A DNA stretch of 32,893 nt. It comes from a virus. Its lineage: Duplodnaviria > Caudoviricetes. The stretch spans positions 1 through 32,893 of IMG/VR virus record IMGVR_UViG_3300023105_000106; one strand, given 5' to 3'. Below are positions 1 to 9,670 of this stretch, piece after piece. Under the pieces are notes generated by a model. The model saw only the letters and a list, made by a program, of their open reading frames with translations, searched no databases and was not told the origin of the DNA. Within the stretch, counting starts at the first letter, position 1; each line of letters starts with the position of its first letter. Position numbers and translations under genes: made by a program.

Positions 1-2022
1 GAAGCAGAAGGCGAACCAACACGAGTAATCGCGAGTAATATCGCGGATAACGCACCGTATACGAAGACTAGAGCAGACGAGCGCTTCATTAGCACCCGTC
101 AAGAAAACCTCGTCCTCGATTCTGGTGCGGAGTATGTGGTCCTTGACGAAATGGAATCGGGTGAACTTCAGTCGGTTCGTGTAGTCGTGGATAACCCATA
201 CGTCCAAGTGTTGCTCCAATTGGATGAGTACCGCAACAAAGACCCCGATGGGGAATCTGCGGCGGAAATCATTTACAACGGTAACAGCGATACCGCCAAC
301 CGTGGCTTCAAGGTCATGGATGGTCAAGGTTCTGGTAAAGGATACGTAATGGAATACCGGCCAGATGTGCCGGAGTCATACAAAGGTCGCGTACGTCTGG
401 TTATCCGCAACCAAATCAAGCCAAGTGCCAGTGTCTATGGAATGGGTTTGTCCTATACTAGCCGTGGTTCACTTGCGAACCCTGCGGTGCCTGCTCACAT
501 GGCCGGTGGAACATTCAGCCATCCCGCGCTTCGTTCAGCCGACCTTGCGCAGATTGCTCAAATCATGACGAAGCCCGTTGGTGTTGAAGGATACTCGTCG
601 AACCAAGTTTTCAACGAAGCAATCATCTTCAGCGACAATCCAATTGGTTCTGACCATCCGTATCAAGGAATCGCCGGTAAACCTACCTTCACGAAGGACG
701 TCACTTCAGAAAACATCTTTGAAATTGCATCATTTATCTCCGGTTCTCATAATCAATCAGTTATGGAAGGAGTACATGGCCATTATCGCCTTGTAGTACT
801 TGACGAACCTGACGCATTCCCCGGAACGTCGAATTCTCCAAGTACAATGAAAATCATGATTGAATTCCGAGCGTCTTGGTCTGGAAATGCTACTGCAAAT
901 GCTACTACAATGAATTCAGGTTTGGCTTCTGTACCATGGCATGTGAAATCCACAGTACGCACAACGGACCTCCAATCAAAGGGACCATTCAACGATACTT
1001 ACCCCGGTACAGATACATACACTCCATTTACAGGTGGAACATCACTAACAGGAGCAACACTACCATCAGCAGAAACTTGGATTGGTAAGCGCATGTTCTT
1101 CCGCCGTGGAGGTACAGTGTATTTCCCCGGTGTCATCAAGAGCATTACAAAGGCAATACCGGCACTTGCAGGGTTGAAACTTACGACAGGTAGCAATGAC
1201 TTCACCGTTCATGATAGCGCCGATGGTAGCACAGACCTTGGATTGGGATACAATCTAGACACAGATTTCGATGCCTCAACAAATGATGCTCCCGTAAAGA
1301 CTGGACTTTACACAACTGGTTCAGGGGCGGCACAACTCCCCTATGCAGTTTGCAACTACTTCCCCGGCTGGACAGATGCAATTCAAACTGAGTTGTCCGG
1401 CACTATTGACACAGTTACTGGTAGTGGAACCGATGCTGACCCTTGGACCGCACAAGTAACAGTAGCAAGTACAGCAGGACTAGTAGCAGGAATGTGTATT
1501 GTTCAACAAACAGCAGGTACAGGAACGTTCTGGGGCACTGCAAAACCATGGAGCCTCCTCATTACAAGTGTTGACGATGCAACCACGTTTACATTCAAGT
1601 CCGTTGCAGATACTGGAACAACAATTCCAGTAGCAGGGACTGTAACAGACTTTGACGTCGGGCTTAACTCCGGACTTCCCCGTACTGCTAACAGTGGCCA
1701 TCGGTTAGAGCAACACAATGACTCCGACTACAAATTCCTTGCAGGTACACCGTGGACCTACATCATCGAGTTTGAACCCGGTGTTACCAATTCCCCAATC
1801 GACTTCGGAGCAATACCAGAAGCATCAGACTTGCCCGGTGCAGATGGGTATGCAAGTTTTTCTGTACCATACCATTCCACAGGCGGTTTCAGCGACGGCG
1901 TTTCACCTGCTACGGACGAGAACTGTTGGGGATATGTTACGTCACAAGCAGACGATAACCCCCATGTATTGATAAAGGAGATTGAAGTCAAGCGAGCAAA
2001 GAAGGTGTCCTTCGACGGGTGA
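1..2022 (+). CDS. Large Gly/Thr-rich virion protein (spike/vertex-like), 5'-truncated by the window edge
   Basis: Frame +1 is open from base 1 (EAEGEPTRVIASNIAD...) into the 136..2022 ORF. The protein is beta-strand-like and rich in Gly/Thr/Asp. Function is inferred from composition and context only. Confidence 0.55.
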   Translation, partial: EAEGEPTRVIASNIADNAPYTKTRADERFISTRQENLVLDSGAEYVVLDEMESGELQSVRVVVDNPYVQVLLQLDEYRNKDPDGESAAEIIYNGNSDTANRGFKVMDGQGSGKGYVMEYRPDVPESYKGRVRLVIRNQIKPSASVYGMGLSYTSRGSLANPAVPAHMAGGTFSHPALRSADLAQIAQIMTKPVGVEGYSSNQVFNEAIIFSDNPIGSDHPYQGIAGKPTFTKDVTSENIFEIASFISGSHNQSVMEGVHGHYRLVVLDEPDAFPGTSNSPSTMKIMIEFRASWSGNATANATTMNSGLASVPWHVKSTVRTTDLQSKGPFNDTYPGTDTYTPFTGGTSLTGATLPSAETWIGKRMFFRRGGTVYFPGVIKSITKAIPALAGLKLTTGSNDFTVHDSADGSTDLGLGYNLDTDFDASTNDAPVKTGLYTTGSGAAQLPYAVCNYFPGWTDAIQTELSGTIDTVTGSGTDADPWTAQVTVASTAGLVAGMCIVQQTAGTGTFWGTAKPWSLLITSVDDATTFTFKSVADTGTTIPVAGTVTDFDVGLNSGLPRTANSGHRLEQHNDSDYKFLAGTPWTYIIEFEPGVTNSPIDFGAIPEASDLPGADGYASFSVPYHSTGGFSDGVSPATDENCWGYVTSQADDNPHVLIKEIEVKRAKKVSFDG

Positions 2023-2027
2023 TTAGT

Positions 2028-2618
2028 ATGGTATTTGGTGTAACAGAAGAAGAACGGTATGTTCCAAGAAAGATGTTCAAGAACGGTATTCTTGACTTTG
2101 CACATCGACGGCCTATCATTGCTTTCTTTGTAGTACCGATTCTTATTGACGGTGTTGCTAAGGTATTCCAAGGCGGATTCCGTACTGTACGCTATGGCGA
2201 TTACAAACTCGGTTCCGTTGCCGTAATGTCCGATGAGGAAGAAAACACTGCACTTTACGGTGGGGCTTCCCAAGACTACGACCTGTTTGGCTCCCTTACT
2301 AACAAGAACACCACTATCGGTGTCCCAGACCCAAACAGTGGTATCTTGAAAGGCGAGTTCTATCGGGACACTTCCCATCTTACTCCTGTTTCTCGTATTG
2401 GTGCTAATGGTGGGTCTGACCTTTACAGGGATACTCGTCATCGCACCCGTGCAAATTACAAACCCTATACTCCATCTGAATCCGGCTTTATTAGCCGTTC
2501 TACCGGGTCACGTCTTTCAGACGGCGCCATCAGTGGAAACAAAAAAGCCGACCAGAACCTCGTTGACCTTGTAGGCACAGGTTTGTTTGCCGGACTTAGC
2601 GGAGCAAGGAGGCTATAA
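2028..2618 (+). CDS. Putative virion membrane protein (N-terminal hydrophobic segment, LG motifs)
   Basis: ATG at 2028 within ORF 2019..2618. Hydrophobic stretch PIIAFFVVPILIDGV; internal repeat FYRDTSH/LYRDTRH. Confidence 0.6.
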   Translation: MVFGVTEEERYVPRKMFKNGILDFAHRRPIIAFFVVPILIDGVAKVFQGGFRTVRYGDYKLGSVAVMSDEEENTALYGGASQDYDLFGSLTNKNTTIGVPDPNSGILKGEFYRDTSHLTPVSRIGANGGSDLYRDTRHRTRANYKPYTPSESGFISRSTGSRLSDGAISGNKKADQNLVDLVGTGLFAGLSGARRL

Positions 2619-2619
2619 A

Positions 2620-2952
2620 ATGAGTAATTGTTACCACGGATATGCAGGATACTGTCCCCAATGTAGTTCACATATGGGTCAAGCAGTATGTCCTCAATGC
2701 GCAGGCAAGGGTTGTCCTCATTGTCAAGGAAAAGGATACCACCTAGGATTTGTTACCATTAACAAAAACACAGCAACAGGAATCAGTATTGGTTCTGGTA
2801 TTGCGGGTGCAATCCTTTATCCTATACTTACAGGACAGTTTTCGACAACTACTAACACTAATCGTAAAATGACGGCAATGGGAATTGGATTCATCATTGG
2901 CGGAGTAATCGGTGGCCTCGGTTCTTACGCAGGTTACCAAATCCAAAACTGA
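2620..2952 (+). CDS. Small membrane protein with DnaJ-type Cys-rich zinc motif
   Basis: ATG 2620 follows AGGAGG. Contains CPQCAGKGCPHCQGKG (CxxCxGxG) and two Gly-rich hydrophobic helices. Confidence 0.6.
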   Translation: MSNCYHGYAGYCPQCSSHMGQAVCPQCAGKGCPHCQGKGYHLGFVTINKNTATGISIGSGIAGAILYPILTGQFSTTTNTNRKMTAMGIGFIIGGVIGGLGSYAGYQIQN

Positions 2953-2955
2953 GGA

Positions 2956-3153
2956 ATGTACATGGCTATGAGCGGAGTACATGGCCAGACGTTTAATACC
3001 AACTTAGGGTATTCTGCGCCAGTACAAATTCGACGCAATCCATTAGGACTATCGACCCCAGCCATTTTGAATAACGTCGGTGTCCCCTTACTTGTAGCGG
3101 GGGGATTATTGGTTCTCGGACTTACGCTACTTACTTACAGAAAACGGAGATGA
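2956..3153 (+). CDS. Small membrane protein (C-terminal TM plus basic tail)
   Basis: VGVPLLVAGGLLVLGLTLLTY followed by RKRR; tightly packed in the operon. Confidence 0.6.
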   Translation: MYMAMSGVHGQTFNTNLGYSAPVQIRRNPLGLSTPAILNNVGVPLLVAGGLLVLGLTLLTYRKRR

Positions 3154-3157
3154 AAAC

Positions 3158-3832
3158 ATGGGCATAATTCCTTCAAGACAAGAACTTAGTAAATTCTTTG
3201 ACCATCATCCAATTCTTGGTACTTTCATTTTCATTAGTGCGGCATTTACTGGATTTGAAACCGTAAGGGCCATTACTGCACCAAAAGGACAAGGTCCGTT
3301 CTCGGGACTAGGTGGGTCTTATTCACCAAACTACATGACTCGTTCAACGCTATCTTCTATGGAGCAAGACGTTAAGTCTTTGCGAAATCGCATTGATACT
3401 AACGCAAAGGTACCAGATTGGGCCGAGTCTTACATCTATACCGCAGGCGACCGAATCAACAGTGTTGATGATTATATGACCCATCGTAGCGGACTAGGCG
3501 GGTCCACATCAACTACCACTTCCACTAGCACTTCACACAGGGGCTTTCGTCGTCCTATGACGCAAGACATTATGATTCCACGGCAGATTAACGCATCTGA
3601 TTTCTTTGGCGTTCCTACCCAAGCCCTTGCTAATCTAGGTTCCGCGAACCTGCCCCCCGCTATGCGTCGTCGGGTCAACCAGCGACAACGCGGAACTGCT
3701 TCGCTTGGCAATGCCGGTGTTCAGCCAATCGATGTAGCAGATAACATGGACCGTAGCGGCTACAACAGTATGTCCGACCTATACGGTCTAAACGGTATCG
3801 TTCCTCAGCCCGGTAGCGGGTGGACGGAATGA
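3158..3832 (+). CDS. Putative virion membrane protein with repeated GLGG/LG motifs
   Basis: N-terminal TM (PILGTFIFISAAF); SGLGGS twice; helical segment (M..TLSSMEQDVKSL...VPDWAESYI...SVDDYM) of a type I recall from phage hypothetical proteins. Confidence 0.6.
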   Translation: MGIIPSRQELSKFFDHHPILGTFIFISAAFTGFETVRAITAPKGQGPFSGLGGSYSPNYMTRSTLSSMEQDVKSLRNRIDTNAKVPDWAESYIYTAGDRINSVDDYMTHRSGLGGSTSTTTSTSTSHRGFRRPMTQDIMIPRQINASDFFGVPTQALANLGSANLPPAMRRRVNQRQRGTASLGNAGVQPIDVADNMDRSGYNSMSDLYGLNGIVPQPGSGWTE

Positions 3833-4206
3833 ATCATCCATACGCAAAGAAGATTCCACGGCACCATCCACAGGTGCAAGACAGGACAATGTCCGTTGAT
3901 GGATTTACCGACTTTGCGTACAAAGCATTTGACCCAAAGTACGAAAAGAGCGCGGCTCCGTTAAGTAAACGCAGAAATGGGATTGGACCGATTCATCACC
4001 AATTAGGAAATATCGTCATTGGCGAATCGGCAATGGCTACACGCTTTATTATTGCCGCAGGCGGTATCGCACTTGTTACTGCGTACTCTTCGAAAATATC
4101 TAAGGTTTCAAAGTCTGCAACTAAAGAAACAAAAATGCTCCTAAACCGTGCAGGACGCAAGGGCGTATTAGCCGCCGCTACTGTTCTAGCGTTTATTTAC
4201 AACTAG
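3829..4206 (+). CDS. Small membrane protein (two hydrophobic helices separated by a basic linker)
   Basis: ATG 3829 overlaps the upstream stop (ATGA). QLGNIV motif precedes the hydrophobic segments. Confidence 0.6.
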   Translation: MNHPYAKKIPRHHPQVQDRTMSVDGFTDFAYKAFDPKYEKSAAPLSKRRNGIGPIHHQLGNIVIGESAMATRFIIAAGGIALVTAYSSKISKVSKSATKETKMLLNRAGRKGVLAAATVLAFIYN

Positions 4207-4208
4207 AT

Positions 4209-4406
4209 TCAAACTACTACTGGGTCAAGACCAGCAGGAGCAACGCTATCGCCACCAAGGCCTTGTGCCTTGACGAGAAGGGCGTCAAACTCTTGCTCAA
4301 TAGCGTAGTCTGGTACCTCTTTGGTAAGGGTACCAACAACTACTCCATTATTCAGTACGTTCACAGTAATCAGTGTCATTTGCTTTTCTTTTGCCATGTC
4401 AATCAA
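4209..4406 (-). CDS. Hypothetical protein
   Basis: Last gene of the minus-strand cluster; overlaps the upstream gene end and converges on the + operon. Confidence 0.5.
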   Translation of the reverse strand: MIDMAKEKQMTLITVNVLNNGVVVGTLTKEVPDYAIEQEFDALLVKAQGLGGDSVAPAGLDPVVV

Positions 4407-4996
4407 TCCTTTTTCTTTTTTGATTTGCGGAACTTTGGAAGTTGTTTTTCCTCTTCTGTCAATTCAAACTCCAAGGTACGTTCGCCTTCTGTTGGTTCCT
4501 CATCCCACACCACTTTACGTCTTGACCTATAAGTTTTCGATGAAAGTTTAGCATTTGGGTCATACTTTTCCTTTGCACCGCGAAGACCTACGGCCTGTTC
4601 ATTACTCCATTGAATAGCGTGCTGTGTTTCTTTTGACTGTTTTTCTGGACGCTTGAATCCCATTACTTCATCCCAAGGATTACCCAAACACGGATAATTC
4701 GCACGAGGGCCGCCGAAGTTAAACTGACAGGACATGCAACGGACAATAATCAGATGTGTCCAAGGTTGCGTATCACCACGAGTCGAAGAGGCTTGACTTT
4801 CAACGCCCCCTACTTCATGGAAGATTCGAATATCAGTATGTCCACACTTAGGGCAAAACATAGGTTGGGTCTTTGCAGGGTCGTCAAATAGTTGTTCACC
4901 TTCAAGGTCAATATTACCATCAGCAATATCGGCGCAGATAGGACAACGCTTCTTTGCATCCCATTCTGAGTTTGTAATCTTCTCATCACTTGCCAT
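4403..4996 (-). CDS. Zinc-ribbon protein
   Basis: CPIC, CPKC and CMSC motifs; GAGGTG-like RBS region upstream; charged C-terminus. Confidence 0.6.
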   Translation of the reverse strand: MASDEKITNSEWDAKKRCPICADIADGNIDLEGEQLFDDPAKTQPMFCPKCGHTDIRIFHEVGGVESQASSTRGDTQPWTHLIIVRCMSCQFNFGGPRANYPCLGNPWDEVMGFKRPEKQSKETQHAIQWSNEQAVGLRGAKEKYDPNAKLSSKTYRSRRKVVWDEEPTEGERTLEFELTEEEKQLPKFRKSKKKKD

Positions 4997-5210
4997 TTAT
5001 TTCACCATCTAATACCGAGTTCTTTTCTTGCCATGTCATTACTTCCCACTGCACTTGTAGTGCTAGATAACCACATTGCTTGTAGTTTCCGAACATATGG
5101 ACACTTGTTATTCCTTCGCCACCAATAGCCATAACGAATTCTGTAACACCGACTTCCTTTAATCGTGCCATTGTATCTTCAAGGATAGCCATTACTTGTT
5201 GGTTAGTCAT
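4986..5210 (-). CDS. Hypothetical protein
   Basis: Translationally coupled ORF in the minus-strand cluster. Confidence 0.55.
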   Translation of the reverse strand: MTNQQVMAILEDTMARLKEVGVTEFVMAIGGEGITSVHMFGNYKQCGYLALQVQWEVMTWQEKNSVLDGEINGK

Positions 5211-5455
5211 TATTCTGCCTCCGGCACAACAACAATGTCATACTTCAAACCAGATAGTTTGATTTGTTCTTCAATTTCTTTTCCATTAAGAGGACCAGTA
5301 AGGTTGCTGTCAATATACCAATCATAGTGACCACAATCGCATTCACCAACATCAAACCCACAACCCTGTTCAAACAACTTACCAAGAAGAATAAACATTT
5401 TCTTCATATCGGTATCTTCAGGATAGAACTGGACAATTGTACAAAGTTTCGTCAT
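5210..5455 (-). CDS. Hypothetical protein
   Basis: Coupled ORF with GGAGG upstream; CDCGH motif. Confidence 0.55.
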   Translation of the reverse strand: MTKLCTIVQFYPEDTDMKKMFILLGKLFEQGCGFDVGECDCGHYDWYIDSNLTGPLNGKEIEEQIKLSGLKYDIVVVPEAE

Positions 5456-5553
5456 TCTTCTTCGCCTCCTCGGAATTGCCTACCACATTCGATACACAAA
5501 ATGTGATTTGTCGCTTCAAGTGGATATGTTCTCGCATTACATTTGCATTTCAT
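5452..5553 (-). CDS. 33-aa zinc-ribbon microprotein (not in ORF track)
   Basis: MKCKCNARTYPLEATNHILCIECGRQFRGGEEE; ATGA overlaps at both ends fill the gap exactly. Confidence 0.55.
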   Translation of the reverse strand: MKCKCNARTYPLEATNHILCIECGRQFRGGEEE

Positions 5554-6026
5554 TCTTCTTCACCTCGTTGTTCAGTAACAGCAATACGGGCAATTGAACG
5601 TAGGTCCGTTACCATAACACTTGCATCATCTGGTGGTGGTGGGTAATGCTTTTGTTTTTCAGAGAAGTCAAAGTAGTCCCAATCGGTAAGGAACTTACGA
5701 ATTACAGGCAGATTGCTAAGTGGGTCAACAGACCAATCGTTCATCTTCTTCGTAAGGTAGCCTACGGCTTTCTTACGATTGTCCACCCAACAAGCATGAC
5801 ACATAACAGTGGCTTCGTTAAGACGGCGATACTTGATGATGTATTCTGCATCTTCTTCGGGTTCTTCGCCTTTCTTGGCCGCTTGGTATTCCTCAAGGTC
5901 ACGGAATACCTGTTCTTCGTATTCTTCGTAGTCTGGAATTTTCAAAACATGGGACCTAGTACCTCTTCCACAGTCGGTACATTTTGCATAAGGAACATTG
6001 ACTTCTGGCCGCTTGACTATCTTCAT
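5550..6026 (-). CDS. Hypothetical zinc-binding protein
   Basis: CTDC...CHAC pair around an acidic insert; first gene after a TTTATG promoter. Confidence 0.6.
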   Translation of the reverse strand: MKIVKRPEVNVPYAKCTDCGRGTRSHVLKIPDYEEYEEQVFRDLEEYQAAKKGEEPEEDAEYIIKYRRLNEATVMCHACWVDNRKKAVGYLTKKMNDWSVDPLSNLPVIRKFLTDWDYFDFSEKQKHYPPPPDDASVMVTDLRSIARIAVTEQRGEEE

Positions 6027-6051
6027 TATCCATTGGACTTACCATCTCGAC

Positions 6052-6060
6052 CATAAAGTT
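6052..6060 (-). promoter_or_regulatory. Archaeal TATA-like promoter (AACTTTATG) for the minus-strand cluster
   Basis: TTTATG starts 31 nt before ATG 6026, the same spacing as four other promoters in the window. Confidence 0.55.
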
Positions 6061-6111
6061 CGACCTTCTTACAGCCAAAAGGAATAATACCAAGTACTTC
6101 ATCGCCAAACC

Positions 6112-6732
6112 ATGGCTAAGGATGAGAATGTCCCGCCGGTAGTACCGCACGTCCACACTGACCAGACTGGTGGTGCCGTATTACCGATTCGCGGAGTAAG
6201 TAACCCCGATTCACCAACCGCACGATTAGAAACAACAGATACAGGACGTAACGAGTTTGCATACGAAGGTCCATTCGTTCCTTTGGAAATCATTACAGCA
6301 ACACCAACGCCTACACTTTACGACTATGTAAAAGCGGCACTTCAAGAGTTTGTAGCATCTGGCGCAACCCAGTACAGTTCAGCAGATGAAGTAACCATTC
6401 GACGTGAAATCCAAGACGATATCCTTGCCCACCGTGGATTCCTTTTGAAAGCCGCCTTTACAAATACCGCGCCTATCTTCATTGGAAACAGGTTTACAGG
6501 AGCGGCGAATAATGGAGAAGTCAAAACCGCCGCCGAAACGCTACGACCACGAGGAAAACTAGATGCCACGGTACTCGCAAAAACTAGCCGCGCCGAGTTC
6601 GATTGGGGAAGTACGACCCCAATGGGCTTCGCTCTTGACCCCGGCGAATCACTTTTCATTGAAATTAACCGTGCGTCTAACATCTATTTGTACGCAGAAA
6701 CTGACCAGAAGATGTATTGGCTTGCAGTCTAA
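6112..6732 (+). CDS. Putative small beta-sandwich virion protein
   Basis: Pattern FLLKAAFTNTAPIFIG...GFALDPGESLFIEINRASNIYLYA...MYWLAV resembles small phage structural beta proteins; lies directly before the fibre gene. Confidence 0.5.
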   Translation: MAKDENVPPVVPHVHTDQTGGAVLPIRGVSNPDSPTARLETTDTGRNEFAYEGPFVPLEIITATPTPTLYDYVKAALQEFVASGATQYSSADEVTIRREIQDDILAHRGFLLKAAFTNTAPIFIGNRFTGAANNGEVKTAAETLRPRGKLDATVLAKTSRAEFDWGSTTPMGFALDPGESLFIEINRASNIYLYAETDQKMYWLAV

Positions 6733-6749
6733 GCCGGAGGTGGCTTAGG

Positions 6750-9179
6750 ATGCCTTACACCGCAAAAGTATCGAATGCCGGGGTCAGTGTTGACACCAAC
6801 AATGACGGCATTCCAGACGGTAGGGCCATTACGCTGAAGAACGCTGGAAACTTCAATACCTTCTCATTAAGTAATGGCGTACTTACATTGGAAGGTCCAA
6901 CAGGTGGCGCTGTGCCCGGTGGAAGCGATACACATGTTCAATTCAATGACGGAGGCAGTTCATTCGGAGGAGAATCAACCTTCGTATACAACAAGACAAG
7001 TAACACCCTTACGGTTTCAAATATTGTAGTCAGTGGCGACTTGACTGTAAGCGGTACCACAACCACAATCAATACGGCTACCCTTGATGTTGCTGATAAC
7101 ATCATTACACTCAACAGTGACTACTCTGGTTCTTCCCCGACAGAAAATGCCGGTATCAAAGTAAATCGCGGTGGCGGTAGCGAGCCCGATGCAGAATTAC
7201 TTTGGGATGAAACCAACGACCAATGGGATTTTGATACGTATGCACTTGGAAGCGTTGGCAAAGTGTATGCCGCCGGGTCTGGTGCAGTTTATACATTCAC
7301 AAGCGATACCGATACAGGTATTGAACATACAGGTCTTGACCAACTTGGATTGCTTGTCGGTAGTAATCGTGTACTGATGGTGAACGCCAATGGTGTTCAC
7401 ATTGACCCAACGGGTGCCAGTGGAGCAGGTTCAAATCAAGCACTCCTTGTGGACAACATTTCCATTGACACTAACACCATCGCATCTACCAACACCGACG
7501 GCAATATCGTTCTAGCACCGAATGGGTCAGGAGATGTACAACTAGATGCTGATACTGTTCGTGTTGGGGATTCTGGCGCTAATGCTACAATTACTACTAA
7601 TGGTGCAGGGGACCTTATCCTAAACACAAATGCCGGTACAAATAGCGGTTCAGTTACGATTGAAGATGGGGCGAACAATGATATTCTCATCATGCCCGAT
7701 GGTACAGGTAAAGTTGGTATCAACCAAGCCACACCAACCCACCGCCTTCACGTTGATGGCGATGCACTAATCACAGGTGGACTAACTGTACAAGGAACTA
7801 CAACAACTGCAAGTACAACAAACACATTAATTGCAGATTCTTTGATTACATTAAACGAAGGCGAATCTGGTACAGGTGTAACAGGAAACATCGCTGGATT
7901 TGAAATTGACCGCGGAGCGGCTGGAGAAATTGCACGGTTTGTCTGGGATGATAACGATGATTACTTCAAACCGCAAATCGAAACAGGTGCAGGAGCAGGG
8001 ACTTACAACACTGCCAATCTGAAAGTCAATATCTTTGATGCGGCAGGTGCAGTTACAATAGCAGGAAATCTGACCGTTGACACAAATGTTCTCTATGTTG
8101 ATACAACCAACAATCGAGTAGGTATCAACAAGACACCAACAGTAGCACTTGACGTTTCAGGTAGCGCATTAATCAGTACAGACTTAACAGTATCCGGCAA
8201 TACAGAACTAACCGGAAGAACCCTAGCACATCTCGTTGCAAAGGTTGAGAACGCAACCGTTAGTACAATTTCTAAAGGAACGCCTGTATATATCAGTGGT
8301 ACACATGCAAGCGGTCGTCCGCAGGTCGAAGAAGCCGATGCAAACGGTTCGGGGACATATCCGTCTATTGGAATCGTGTTTGCAGATATATCCGCAGGTA
8401 CCACAGGATATGTCCTCACATTCGGAACAATTGAAGATGTAGCCGCCGCACGCTTTGTAGGTAGCGACCCATCTGCCGGCGATACAGTATACTTGTCAGA
8501 AACTGTTGGTAAACTCACCGTTGACCGCCCAACCGCAACAGGCAGTGAAGTACAGAATGTCGGACGTATTGCAAAAACAAACATAAGCGTATCCGGTGGA
8601 ACGGGTACTGCTCACGTTCTCGTACAAGGACCCGGTCGTACCAACGACATCCCCAATGATATTGGAGATGAAGACATTATTGCCGCCGCGTCCGCTACAA
8701 ACTACACTCCTTCCGCATCAACGGTTGAAGGCCATCTTGCGGGCATTGACACCGCTCTTGGCTCGGTTGGTGGTGGTGGAGGAACACCATCCGGCGTGGC
8801 TGGTGCTATCCAATTTTCTGACGGTTCTGCCTTTGATGACGACGACGCAAACCTGCATTGGGATGATGGGAACAACCGCCTTGGTGTTGGGACAAACACG
8901 CCAAGCGAAACGCTTCATGTGAACGGAACCATTCGCCAAACAGTAACGAGTGCAGTTCTCGTCGCTAACGGTAATGGTAACCTCGTTGCCGCAACCAACC
9001 TTACTGACACCGCTTACTCTACGACAGATACGACAGACGCGGCGGTTGACGTTTATACCGCGAGCCCCGCCGCCGCCGCCGCTTGGCAAGCCCCTCCTCC
9101 CGCGACTGTCGCTGAGGCTCTTAACAGGCTTGCCCTCCATGTCGTCACGATTCCGGGTGCCCCGCCAACGATTCCTTGA
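6750..9179 (+). CDS. Long fibre/receptor-binding protein
   Basis: ATG 6750 follows GGAGGTG. Repeated fibre motifs: GDLTVSGTTTTINT..ADNIITLN / GGLTVQGTTTTAST..ADSLITLN; VGINQATPTHRLHVDG / VGINKTPTVALDVSG / LGVGTNTPSETLHVNG; VQFNDGG / IQFSDGS. Confidence 0.75.
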   Translation: MPYTAKVSNAGVSVDTNNDGIPDGRAITLKNAGNFNTFSLSNGVLTLEGPTGGAVPGGSDTHVQFNDGGSSFGGESTFVYNKTSNTLTVSNIVVSGDLTVSGTTTTINTATLDVADNIITLNSDYSGSSPTENAGIKVNRGGGSEPDAELLWDETNDQWDFDTYALGSVGKVYAAGSGAVYTFTSDTDTGIEHTGLDQLGLLVGSNRVLMVNANGVHIDPTGASGAGSNQALLVDNISIDTNTIASTNTDGNIVLAPNGSGDVQLDADTVRVGDSGANATITTNGAGDLILNTNAGTNSGSVTIEDGANNDILIMPDGTGKVGINQATPTHRLHVDGDALITGGLTVQGTTTTASTTNTLIADSLITLNEGESGTGVTGNIAGFEIDRGAAGEIARFVWDDNDDYFKPQIETGAGAGTYNTANLKVNIFDAAGAVTIAGNLTVDTNVLYVDTTNNRVGINKTPTVALDVSGSALISTDLTVSGNTELTGRTLAHLVAKVENATVSTISKGTPVYISGTHASGRPQVEEADANGSGTYPSIGIVFADISAGTTGYVLTFGTIEDVAAARFVGSDPSAGDTVYLSETVGKLTVDRPTATGSEVQNVGRIAKTNISVSGGTGTAHVLVQGPGRTNDIPNDIGDEDIIAAASATNYTPSASTVEGHLAGIDTALGSVGGGGGTPSGVAGAIQFSDGSAFDDDDANLHWDDGNNRLGVGTNTPSETLHVNGTIRQTVTSAVLVANGNGNLVAATNLTDTAYSTTDTTDAAVDVYTASPAAAAAWQAPPPATVAEALNRLALHVVTIPGAPPTIP

Positions 9180-9205
9180 TGACCTACCTGTAATCTCGCC
9201 AATAC

Positions 9206-9664
9206 ATGGACGAGGAAATTACACTAGGGTTCAAGGAATTGATTGTCGACTACGAAGAAGAAGCATATACGTCATCAGACCGTTTGGTACAATGGTTTGC
9301 ATGGGAGGACGACAATCCCGAAGACGAGGTAAGAGCGTTTCTTGCCGTAACGCTTACACCAACTGGCCGTATTCAAATTGGCGGCAAAGGACCGTTTATC
9401 GGATTCACTACAAGTAAGACCATACCGTTTGAACCTTCGTTGCAAGAGGTTGTCATTTCTGGCTCGGCTTTAGCCATTGGCGGCCCCAATGTTGGAATTG
9501 GTCCAGTTTTATTTGACAAAACAACTGGAATGCTTACGAAAAGAAAATTCCGGAGAAAGAAAGGCATTTCTATTCGATGTCTAGGGTTCCTCAAGGACCT
9601 CAAGGATTTACTGGTCAAACACCGGGGAGATGAAGAACTAGACCTGTATAGTGTGGTGATTTGA
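9206..9664 (+). CDS. Hypothetical protein
   Basis: 152-aa ORF with ATG start; no motif recognised. Confidence 0.55.
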   Translation: MDEEITLGFKELIVDYEEEAYTSSDRLVQWFAWEDDNPEDEVRAFLAVTLTPTGRIQIGGKGPFIGFTTSKTIPFEPSLQEVVISGSALAIGGPNVGIGPVLFDKTTGMLTKRKFRRKKGISIRCLGFLKDLKDLLVKHRGDEELDLYSVVI

Positions 9665-9670
9665 TTGGCC

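Noticed and set aside
1758-2441. 227-aa minus-strand ORF and the many other antisense or alternative-frame ORFs in the track
   Set aside because: They overlap better-supported, RBS-coupled genes on the other strand or frame and show no motifs, so they are treated as shadow ORFs.
4408-4425. T-rich run as a + strand terminator
   Set aside because: It is explained by Lys codons (KSKKKKD) of the minus-strand gene; a dual role cannot be shown.
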